Source: Muribaculaceae bacterium (GTDB lineage: Bacteria > Bacteroidota > Bacteroidia > Bacteroidales > Muribaculaceae). Taken from it: a stretch of DNA of 64,000 bases. The translations under genes were made by a program, and so were the position numbers. This document shows, one piece after another, positions 16,727 through 24,728 of this stretch. The notes beneath the pieces were generated by a model. That model saw nothing but the letters and a program-made list of their open reading frames with translations. It was not told the DNA's origin and searched no databases. Location of the stretch: the NCBI GenBank assembly GCA_017405965.1, contig JAFQZK010000025.1:61170-125169 (forward strand), in the 5' to 3' direction. Every line of letters starts with the position of its first letter. The first letter of the stretch is position 1.

Positions 16727-16734
16727 CAAAGGTA
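16727..16734 (-). promoter_or_regulatory. Bacteroidota -7 promoter box (TACCTTTG) for the lipoprotein and M6 peptidase operon
   Basis: Exact TAnnTTTG match on the minus strand, 30 bp upstream of ATG 16697. Confidence 0.45.
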
Positions 16735-16762
16735 GTATTTTTTATTTAATTTTGCCTGCGAT

Positions 16763-17041
16763 ATGCTCAAGGTTGTGGCCATAATGCTCAGTGGAGTGGC
16801 CGTCGGGTTCCTGATGAGGAAACGGCGGCTGAGGGTAGTGCCACACGCGGTGACCGTGTTCATCTGGGCATTGCTGTTCCTGCTGGGCGTGGAGGTGGGC
16901 ACCAACCCACGAGTCATCGCGGGCATCACATCGCTGGGGCTCGAGGCGTTGTGGCTGTCACTGGCAGGACTGGCAGGAACTGTGCTGTTCTCATGGGGAC
17001 TCTGGCAATGGGTGTCGCGCAAGAAAGGAGGTGACCGATGA
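16763..17041 (+). CDS. LysO-family (DUF340) transporter, small subunit
   Basis: 92-aa polytopic protein. Its stop overlaps the next start (ATGA at 17038-17041). This is the typical split DUF340 arrangement. Confidence 0.65.
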   Translation: MLKVVAIMLSGVAVGFLMRKRRLRVVPHAVTVFIWALLFLLGVEVGTNPRVIAGITSLGLEALWLSLAGLAGTVLFSWGLWQWVSRKKGGDR

Positions 17042-17631
17042 AGGGGAGCCTGATCATCGTGGGATTCTTCATCTTGGGCATCGTGTGCGGCCTCTTGGGA
17101 TGGGTGCCGGCATTGGGCGAGAACGTGAGTTTCTTGACGTTGTGCGGTCTGCTCTTCTGCGTGGGCATCACTGTGGGCAACAACACCGAACTGTTGAAAA
17201 AATTTCGGCACTTGGACCCGCGACTGATGCTGTTGCCGCTGATGACCATTATCGGCACACTGACCGCCACCGCCATTGCAACAATCGGCTTGCCGCACCG
17301 CAGCCTCACCGACTGCCTGGCCGTGGGCTCGGGCTTCGGATACTACTCCTTGTCGAGTATTCTCATCACACAGTATCGCGGGCCCGAACTGGGCACGGTT
17401 GCCTTGCTAGCCAATATCATCCGCGAGGTCTTCACCTTGCTGGGCGCCCCGCTGCTCGTGCGTTTCTTCGGTCCCCTCTCCCCCATCTCTTGCGGCGGCG
17501 CCACCACCATGGACACCACACTGCCCATCATCACCCGCACCAGCGGTCAAGACTTTGTCTTGCTCTCGCTCTTCCACGGCTTCCTGGTGGATTTCTCGGT
17601 GCCGTTCCTCGTCACCTTCTTCTGCTCCTAG
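17038..17631 (+). CDS. LysO-family (DUF340) lysine exporter-like transporter, large subunit
   Basis: 197-aa polytopic protein. GSGFGYYSLSSILI and CGGATTMDTTLPII motifs are typical of DUF340/LysO. Confidence 0.7.
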   Translation: MKGSLIIVGFFILGIVCGLLGWVPALGENVSFLTLCGLLFCVGITVGNNTELLKKFRHLDPRLMLLPLMTIIGTLTATAIATIGLPHRSLTDCLAVGSGFGYYSLSSILITQYRGPELGTVALLANIIREVFTLLGAPLLVRFFGPLSPISCGGATTMDTTLPIITRTSGQDFVLLSLFHGFLVDFSVPFLVTFFCS

Positions 17632-17720
17632 TAACGGATACAACGGACAAGACGGACTTGCCAGCCAAAAACTAAAAATTTAGAACTAAGGACTAAAAAC
17701 TAAGGACTAAGGACTAAAAA

Positions 17721-18413
17721 CTATTTCGCACAGGCCTCTTTAGGGAACTGGTCGATTTGTTTCATGCGCTTGAGGACGGTGTTGTGCATTCTTCTCATTT
17801 TGGCGGTGGGATGGGCGCTGTCACGCTCCAGCGGGTTGGGCAGCGACACGGCGATATAGGCACATTGGTCCTTGGTCAAGCGGTCGGGCGTGGTGTTGAA
17901 GTTGTAATGGGCCACAGCATCAGCGCCATAGATACCCTTGCCCATCTCGATTGAATTGAGATAGACCTCCATGATGCGCTCCTTGCCCCAAATGGCCTCG
18001 ATCAGGAAAGTGAAATAGGCCTCTAGACCTTTGCGCAGCCACGAACGCTTCTGCCACAGGAACACGTTGCGGGCCGTCTGCTGGCTGATGGTGCTCGCAC
18101 CGCGTTGGCGCTTGCCCTCCTGGGCCTCGATCTGGGCCTTCTGAATCTGCTCCAGGTCAAATCCGCTGTGCTTCAAGAACAGGTTGTCCTCGCTCGCCAT
18201 CACGGCCTGCGGCAGATTATGGCTGATGTCCTCCAGCGGCACCCAGTGATGGCTGATTCGCGGCGATTTTCCGTCAATCATCTGCTCCACTGCACGGATG
18301 AGCATCAGCGGCGTGATATAAACCGGGATATACTTCAAAATCACCACCGACAATATCGTCGAGGTGAAAAAGAATATCAATATGTTGCGCAACCAGCGTG
18401 TAACCTTACTCAT
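17721..18413 (-). CDS. mtgA: Monofunctional biosynthetic peptidoglycan transglycosylase (GT51)
   Basis: N-terminal TM helix. ASEDNLFLKHSGFD, GASTISQQTARN and RKGLEAYFTFLIEAIWGKERIMEVYLN are GT51 motifs. Confidence 0.85.
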   Translation of the reverse strand: MSKVTRWLRNILIFFFTSTILSVVILKYIPVYITPLMLIRAVEQMIDGKSPRISHHWVPLEDISHNLPQAVMASEDNLFLKHSGFDLEQIQKAQIEAQEGKRQRGASTISQQTARNVFLWQKRSWLRKGLEAYFTFLIEAIWGKERIMEVYLNSIEMGKGIYGADAVAHYNFNTTPDRLTKDQCAYIAVSLPNPLERDSAHPTAKMRRMHNTVLKRMKQIDQFPKEACAK

Positions 18414-18861
18414 TTCTGACTCCTGAACTTAATACACAATCGGGGCACAGGCCCTTGAGAACGTAGTTGATACTGTGAACCTGAAAATTGCCGGGCAGCG
18501 AGACCAGCGGCACCTGGGTCGTCTGCAGGCAAAAGGTGCGACCACACTTCTCGCAGTTGAAATGGGCGTGCATGTGGTCGATGGTGCCGTCATCCTCACC
18601 GCAATGGCAGTCGGGGCTGCACACGGCATACTTGAACATGCCCGTGCCGTCGTCGATGGCATGGATGAGGTGATGCGTCAAGAACAGGGTGATGGTACGG
18701 TAGATGGTCGATTTGTCCACCGTGTCCAACTCATCCTCAAGGCTTTGCAGCGAGAAAGCGTCGTCGTGAGCCATCATCGTGCGCAACAGCAGCAGACGCA
18801 ATGCCGTGGGCTTGACATCGTGCTGCTCCAGGAGGTTGACATATTTACTCTCGTCTTTCAT
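18406..18861 (-). CDS. Fur-family metalloregulator (Fur/Zur/PerR type not resolved)
   Basis: The ATG at 18861 (MKDESKY) fits the 13-bp gap after the SusD stop. It has a winged-helix region and Cys/His clusters CSPDCHCG ... HFNCEKCG ... CPDC. It overlaps the mtgA start by 8 nt. Confidence 0.8.
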   Translation of the reverse strand: MKDESKYVNLLEQHDVKPTALRLLLLRTMMAHDDAFSLQSLEDELDTVDKSTIYRTITLFLTHHLIHAIDDGTGMFKYAVCSPDCHCGEDDGTIDHMHAHFNCEKCGRTFCLQTTQVPLVSLPGNFQVHSINYVLKGLCPDCVLSSGVRNE

Positions 18862-18874
18862 TCCTCTTTTCAGA

Positions 18875-20515
18875 TTAATAACCCGGGTTTTGTGAACTGC
18901 CACAAGCCGTCAATGTCTCGCCCGGAATGGGGAACACGAGCGTGTAGCCCATGCGGTCGCCATCGGTCTGGGGACGGTCGGTATAGGGTCGTGTAAACAA
19001 GCCGTAGCGGATGAGGTCGTTACGGCGCCAGCCCTCCCAGGCCAATTCCAGCATGCGTTCCTCGAGCACATTGTCGAGGGTCGCGGTGCGCTTTCCCATG
19101 TGGGAACGGGTACGCACCTGGTTGAGCAAGGCATCGGCTTCGGCCCCTGCCCTGCCGTCACGCAGCATCGCCTCACACCGCATCAACAGCACGTCGGCAT
19201 AACGGAACAGCACGATGTCGTTGCGACGCAACTGTCCGTCACTCATCGCCGCCAGGTCAATCTCATACTTGTACATCCTCGCGCCTGCCGTCTTCTCATA
19301 AGGGTCATTTGACAGGTCCAGTTTCACGGCCAGCGGGTAGTAAACCAGCGGCGAGCCGTCATCAAGCGTAATCACTTTGCCCGTCTTGTTGTGAAAGACA
19401 TTGTCATAGTAGTAAGTCCAAAACAGACGCGTGTCGGCATCCACACCCTTTTCATACCCGAAGGTCTTCATCGCCTCGATAGTGGCACAGGGGCCGTTCT
19501 CACCGTTCAGTCCCAATGCCGACGCATGGTTGTAATGCAGCGAGCGGAACTGCTGGGTGAAGCGGTTGGAGTAGTTGTAGATATCCATCGGGATGGTGAA
19601 AATCAACTCGGGCGACTCCTCGTTGCTGATGTCAAAATTATCCTTGAATGCATCAGCCAAGGTGTAACCGCTTGTCTCGATTATGCCGCAATAGTGCTCC
19701 ACGGCCTGCCAGGTGTTCAGCATCTCGCCATCGACAAGCCACATCATTACCGAGGCATCGGGGTGGCTGCTGTCAGTCCAGTCATCATCGGCATAGACCT
19801 CGGCATTCAACAGCACCTTAGCCAGCAAGAAGTCCACCACATCGCGGGTCATGCGGCCATAGTACTCGCCCAGTTGCGGGCTGCGTAAGACAGGTAGGTA
19901 ACCCTCAGCGGCCTGCAACTCATCAACGATGTGCCTGAATGCCACCGAGCGGTCCTGCAGTTTCATTTCCTGCACCGCGGGGCTTGAATTCATGAACAGG
20001 GGGACACGGCCATAGAGATCCATCGCATAGAACAGGAACATCGCACGCAAGGCACGCGCCTCGGCACGAATCTCGTCCACATCCTCGCTGGGATGAGACT
20101 TGGCAAACGCGTCGATGCGCTCCAGGGCGCGGTTACAGGCGAGCACTTCCTTGAACAGATAATTCCATGTGTCGCCCGTGAAATCGACATTGCCGAAGCG
20201 ATGCAGGAACAGGTTCTGCCAGATGCCTCCGTCATACCAGTCGGCACCCCTCGTGGGAATCATCGCCTCATCGGTCGAGAACGTGTTCAGGTCCCACACA
20301 CCGCGGGCAGTACCCTGCAGCCCCTGAGACGGCGCACTGCCGCCAATGTTGAGATAAATGCTTCCCAACGCATTATTCCACAGGTCTTTCACCGAATTAT
20401 AGGCCTCGTCTTCAGGCAGGCGGTCGGTAGGGTTATCTTCCAGGAACTTGTCGCAAGAGGTCATCGACAAGAGTGTGGCGACCATCAACAGGCTATAGAT
20501 GATATATCGTTTCAT
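18875..20515 (-). CDS. RagB/SusD-family nutrient-binding outer-membrane lipoprotein
   Basis: Lipobox LSMTSC. TPR-like SusD pattern and C-terminal motifs (RNDIVLFRYADVLLM, ERMLELAWEGWRRNDLIRYG). Confidence 0.85.
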   Translation of the reverse strand: MKRYIIYSLLMVATLLSMTSCDKFLEDNPTDRLPEDEAYNSVKDLWNNALGSIYLNIGGSAPSQGLQGTARGVWDLNTFSTDEAMIPTRGADWYDGGIWQNLFLHRFGNVDFTGDTWNYLFKEVLACNRALERIDAFAKSHPSEDVDEIRAEARALRAMFLFYAMDLYGRVPLFMNSSPAVQEMKLQDRSVAFRHIVDELQAAEGYLPVLRSPQLGEYYGRMTRDVVDFLLAKVLLNAEVYADDDWTDSSHPDASVMMWLVDGEMLNTWQAVEHYCGIIETSGYTLADAFKDNFDISNEESPELIFTIPMDIYNYSNRFTQQFRSLHYNHASALGLNGENGPCATIEAMKTFGYEKGVDADTRLFWTYYYDNVFHNKTGKVITLDDGSPLVYYPLAVKLDLSNDPYEKTAGARMYKYEIDLAAMSDGQLRRNDIVLFRYADVLLMRCEAMLRDGRAGAEADALLNQVRTRSHMGKRTATLDNVLEERMLELAWEGWRRNDLIRYGLFTRPYTDRPQTDGDRMGYTLVFPIPGETLTACGSSQNPGY

Positions 20516-20527
20516 GATTACTCGGAT

Positions 20528-23230
20528 TCAGAAGGTTACGGTAACGCCCAGATAATAGGAACGGGTGACTGGATAGATGTTCTTGTCGTCAACGCCCAGC
20601 GTGCCGTTGACCGAAGAACTGTTGATGATGGGCGTCAGGCCTGAATAGCCCGTGATCGTTCCCAATTCATCAATCGTGAGAGACAGGCGCAGGCGGCTGA
20701 TCGTGTGCATCACCTTCTCGCTCAAGGGCACGTTCCAACCCAGAGTGAGGTAGTCAAAGTCCAAATAGTCGCCGCGTTCCAACCAGTAGTCGGTCGCCGT
20801 TTGGTCATAAATCGCACGAGCCGGAGCGTCGGCCAAGACATTATAGCCTGGCAGACTGTTCATGTTCATATAAGTCAAAGCGGTTCCGTTGTAAATCTTG
20901 TGACCAAAAGCACCGTTGATCTGCAAGGTCACATCCCATTGCTTGAAACGGAAGTTGATGTTACTGCCCAGCAGCACCTTGGGCATCGCCTGTCCGCACA
21001 CGCGACGGTCTTTGCCGTTGGCAATGTCGACATCGCCCGAATTGTCGAGGTCGGCGATTTCATACACATAGCCTCCAGCCCCGTCACTCTTCAAACCAGT
21101 GCAGTGCGGCAGATAGAACACACCCAGCGGTTGTCCCACCATCTGATAGACGATGTGGTTGTTGCCGCCGTGGAAGCCCGCACCGTTCAAGTTCACCAAG
21201 TCCACCTCGCCAGGTGCCTCGAGCCAATAATCCTTATAATAACCGCTCAAAGAAAGCAGTTTGTTGTACTGATAGGCGACATTGGCATTGATATTCAATT
21301 CCATGTCGCGGGTAGTGAGCGGCGAGAGACCCAACGCCAGTTCCACACCACTGTTGCGCATCGAGCCCAGATTGTCGAGCAACTTGTTATAACTGAACGG
21401 CGGCACACCCACATTATACAGATAAAGCATGTCGGTCGTCTTGGAAGTATAGAAATCCAGCGAGGCGATGATGTGGTTGCCTAAGAAAGCGGCACTCAAG
21501 CCAGTGTTGAAACTGCGCTTCACCTCCCATTTGAGATCGGGATTGGCATTGCGCAACGCATCGAGCGTCACAGCCAGATTCTGTCCCACAGGGGGAATAC
21601 CCGCTGGGGTGAGCACGTTTTGGGCCATGTAACTGTCCACGGCACCCTGATTACCGGCAAGACCATAGCCCACGCTCCACTTCAGGTCATCGAGCCAAGT
21701 CACATCGTTCAGGAACGCCTCGTTGCCGATGTTCCATGATACCGAGAGCGAGGGGAAGAAACCCCATTTGTTGCCCGAAGAGAACTTCGACGAACCATCG
21801 GCACGGGCGGCAACAGTCAATGAGTAGCGGTTGTCGTAGTCATAGTTGACACGCGCCATGAAAGAAGCCAGCGACGGGGCGTTGCGATAACTGCCGGTAC
21901 CGTCCCACAGCGTCACGGCTCCCGCCTGGATGGCATCAATTCCGATAGCGTTGTTTGAAAAGCCTGTTGTAGTGGTATAAAATCCCGTGTGAATGTTGCG
22001 TTCAACCTCGGCAAGTCCCATCACATTGAAGTGGCTGAGGCCCAACGTCTTGTCCCAGGTCACGGTGGCATTGCCGAGCCATGAATCGGTCTTGGCGCTG
22101 CTGCGGTAACCCTTACCGCCGCTCCAGATGCTCGTCGGCAGGAACTGCGCCGTCTCCACCTCGTTGTGGCTATAGGCGCCGAAAACCGAGAGTTTCCAGT
22201 TGGGATTCAGGTTGAACGTGAGTTTGGCATGGGTACTCAGGTGGGTCGTCTTGTCTTGGGTGCGACTATCCATCAACGCCAGCGGATGGTTGATCTGGTT
22301 GGCATAGGTGAAACCGTCCCAACCGCCGTCGCTGTTGCGCTCGGTGCCGAAAGTGGGATTCCATGCCTGAGCCGAGTAGAAGGTCTTCTGCACGTCATAG
22401 ACAGCACTCAGGTCCTTTTGCACGTTGCCGAACATGCCCACCTCGATCATCAACAGGTCGTTGAACATGCGCTGATACATATTCATGTTACTCGTCAGGT
22501 TGTTAAGTTTGCCATGCAGGATGACTCCGTCATGGTCCATATATCCCAATGAGACGCGGTAGCCAGATCGCTCACCGCCACCCATAAAGGCGACATGATG
22601 GTCTTGAATGAAAGCGGTTTGCTGGATGGCTTTTTGCCAATCAGTGGTAAAGCCCTTGTCGATGAGCATCCCGCCCTGACTCCTCACCGCATCGCGGTAG
22701 GCCGCGGCATCGAGCATCTTGAGGTTTTTGCTCACATGAGTGATGCCCATACTCCCGTTATAGGTGACGGTGGCACGGTGAGCAGCGCCTTTCTTGGTCA
22801 CCACCTCGATGACACCCGATGCACCTCGCGAGCCGTATTGGGCGGTCTCGCTGGCATCCTTGAGCACCGTGAAACTCTCGATATCCGACGGATAAATCGA
22901 TGACAAGGTGCTCAGGTCGCCGAACACACCGTCAATGATAATCAACGGGTCGTTGCCACCCGTTACCGACGTGGTGCCACGCACGCGCACAGCGTTCATC
23001 GCCGCGGCGCCATTATTACTCTTCTGTATGGTCACACCAGCCACACGGCCGTTGATGGCCTCCAGGGGATTGGTCACCTGCTGCTGACTCATATCCTTGG
23101 CGGTGACTACTGTGGGCGACATCAAGCGGTCGATACTGTCGGCGGGAATCAGGTTTTGAGAGGCCATCGGCATCACGACAGCCATCATGCCTGCAACGGC
23201 GACCAACCTTAAGTATGGACTGATTTTCAT
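20528..23230 (-). CDS. SusC/RagA-family TonB-dependent outer-membrane transporter
   Basis: Plug region NPLEAINGRVAGVTIQ...VRVRGTTSVTGGNDPLIIIDGV, a long beta-barrel and a terminal ...YYLGVTVTF. There is no N-terminal STN or carboxypeptidase-regulatory extension. The start overlaps the rsmD stop. Confidence 0.9.
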   Translation of the reverse strand: MKISPYLRLVAVAGMMAVVMPMASQNLIPADSIDRLMSPTVVTAKDMSQQQVTNPLEAINGRVAGVTIQKSNNGAAAMNAVRVRGTTSVTGGNDPLIIIDGVFGDLSTLSSIYPSDIESFTVLKDASETAQYGSRGASGVIEVVTKKGAAHRATVTYNGSMGITHVSKNLKMLDAAAYRDAVRSQGGMLIDKGFTTDWQKAIQQTAFIQDHHVAFMGGGERSGYRVSLGYMDHDGVILHGKLNNLTSNMNMYQRMFNDLLMIEVGMFGNVQKDLSAVYDVQKTFYSAQAWNPTFGTERNSDGGWDGFTYANQINHPLALMDSRTQDKTTHLSTHAKLTFNLNPNWKLSVFGAYSHNEVETAQFLPTSIWSGGKGYRSSAKTDSWLGNATVTWDKTLGLSHFNVMGLAEVERNIHTGFYTTTTGFSNNAIGIDAIQAGAVTLWDGTGSYRNAPSLASFMARVNYDYDNRYSLTVAARADGSSKFSSGNKWGFFPSLSVSWNIGNEAFLNDVTWLDDLKWSVGYGLAGNQGAVDSYMAQNVLTPAGIPPVGQNLAVTLDALRNANPDLKWEVKRSFNTGLSAAFLGNHIIASLDFYTSKTTDMLYLYNVGVPPFSYNKLLDNLGSMRNSGVELALGLSPLTTRDMELNINANVAYQYNKLLSLSGYYKDYWLEAPGEVDLVNLNGAGFHGGNNHIVYQMVGQPLGVFYLPHCTGLKSDGAGGYVYEIADLDNSGDVDIANGKDRRVCGQAMPKVLLGSNINFRFKQWDVTLQINGAFGHKIYNGTALTYMNMNSLPGYNVLADAPARAIYDQTATDYWLERGDYLDFDYLTLGWNVPLSEKVMHTISRLRLSLTIDELGTITGYSGLTPIINSSSVNGTLGVDDKNIYPVTRSYYLGVTVTF

Positions 23231-23781
23231 TTTTCGGAATTGGTATTATTGATCTCAAACAGGGAGAAATTGACCTTGCCATAGACGCGCTGCTGCAAGA
23301 AATGAGGCAGTGCCGAGAAATCGTGCTCACTCGGGTGCTCCATAATGAACAGGGTTCCGTCATGCACCAGCGGCGACTCCAGCACCAGTTTGGGAATGTC
23401 GCCGAAACGCGGCAGGTCGTAAGGCGGATCGGCAAAGATGACGTCAAACGACTGGCGGCAGGTGGCCACAAACTTGAACACATCGCCGCGCACCAGCGTC
23501 AGGTTAGGATCACCAAGCTGCTGCTGCACCCGCTTGATGAAATCGGCCTGTACGCGTGCCTTCTCGACGGCGGTGACATGGGCACATCCGCGAGAGAGGA
23601 ACTCAAAACTCATCGCTCCCGTTCCGGCAAACAAGTCGAGCACCGTCACGCCATCCAGGTCAATAATGTTACCTAACACGTTGAACAGGTTCTCGCGTGC
23701 CATGTCGGTCGTGGGACGCGCGGTGATGTTTGTCGGCACGTCAAAGCGGCGACGGCCATATTTTCCGCTGATTATTCGCAT
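23227..23781 (-). CDS. rsmD: 16S rRNA (guanine966-N2)-methyltransferase
   Basis: RIISGKYGRRRF, ARPTTDMARENLFN, VLDLFAGTGA and ADPPYD motifs. Confidence 0.85.
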   Translation of the reverse strand: MRIISGKYGRRRFDVPTNITARPTTDMARENLFNVLGNIIDLDGVTVLDLFAGTGAMSFEFLSRGCAHVTAVEKARVQADFIKRVQQQLGDPNLTLVRGDVFKFVATCRQSFDVIFADPPYDLPRFGDIPKLVLESPLVHDGTLFIMEHPSEHDFSALPHFLQQRVYGKVNFSLFEINNTNSEK

Positions 23782-24581
23782 AGGGCAAGCAGTATCAGTT
23801 CAAGCGGTGCCTGCATCGCATTGCGTCCCAACTGCATCGCGGCAGTCGGATAGACAGCAGGCATCACATGTTTCACATATTCCCTCAACAAGGGGTTCAT
23901 CGCAGCACAGCGGTCACCGTCACCCATCATCAGCAACTCGTCGGTCAACTGATCCAGGTCGTGGGTGCGCCACGCGTTCAACACAAAATAGGCATCCGAC
24001 TGGTCGTCGGTGACAGGATAGGAGTTGGCGCATTGCAAGGCTCCGTCACGATAAATGGCCAAGTCCATGCGCTCATCCTCCAAATTGAGGAACAAGCGTG
24101 ACTTGTCGTCATCCCGGTTCTGCTCCACGAAATAGCCGCAAAGCGGAGCCAGATGATGCACGACCTGCGGGTAATTGAAGGTGCGGCCCAGGAAGGCCTG
24201 CATGCCACGCGGCATGAGCCACGCCATTTTCACGCCGTTTCCAGGCACGGGACACACGGCAGCATCACCGTCATCATCGGGGTAAGCGTGACGCACGAGT
24301 TCCTGACAGTCGGCATCAGACATTTCGTCGGGGAACAGCACAAAGTGGCTGGAATGAACCACCACCCGCACCCGCTTGTAATCGTTCAGCAGGTCAGGTG
24401 TCTCATACACGGCATCCTCAAGCCCCTGCAAGGACTCGTCGGCACGTTCCACCTGTCCGATGGCCAATGAGCCGGGCACCGAGGGCGAGAACAAGATATA
24501 GTCCACCCGCTTGTCCTCGATCGAGACGAGCAGTTCCCATGCTTCGGGGTGCTGTATGTCAAACCTCTCTTTTCCTTCCAT
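23772..24581 (-). CDS. DUF3822-family protein
   Basis: 269 aa. It overlaps the rsmD start by 10 nt. The DUF3822-rsmD pairing is typical of Bacteroidota. The call rests on pattern and context. Confidence 0.55.
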   Translation of the reverse strand: MEGKERFDIQHPEAWELLVSIEDKRVDYILFSPSVPGSLAIGQVERADESLQGLEDAVYETPDLLNDYKRVRVVVHSSHFVLFPDEMSDADCQELVRHAYPDDDGDAAVCPVPGNGVKMAWLMPRGMQAFLGRTFNYPQVVHHLAPLCGYFVEQNRDDDKSRLFLNLEDERMDLAIYRDGALQCANSYPVTDDQSDAYFVLNAWRTHDLDQLTDELLMMGDGDRCAAMNPLLREYVKHVMPAVYPTAAMQLGRNAMQAPLELILLALCE

Positions 24582-24728
24582 TATTCGGCAAAATTACTAA
24601 AAACTCACCAATCGCCCTACAATCCCCCTGTTTTTTCGTCTTATCGAGCCCTATACCGGGCAAAAACGGCCAGCACCATGTCTCGTTTGTCCAAAACACA
24701 GTGCTGGCCGTGAAGCCAGTCACGAGGA

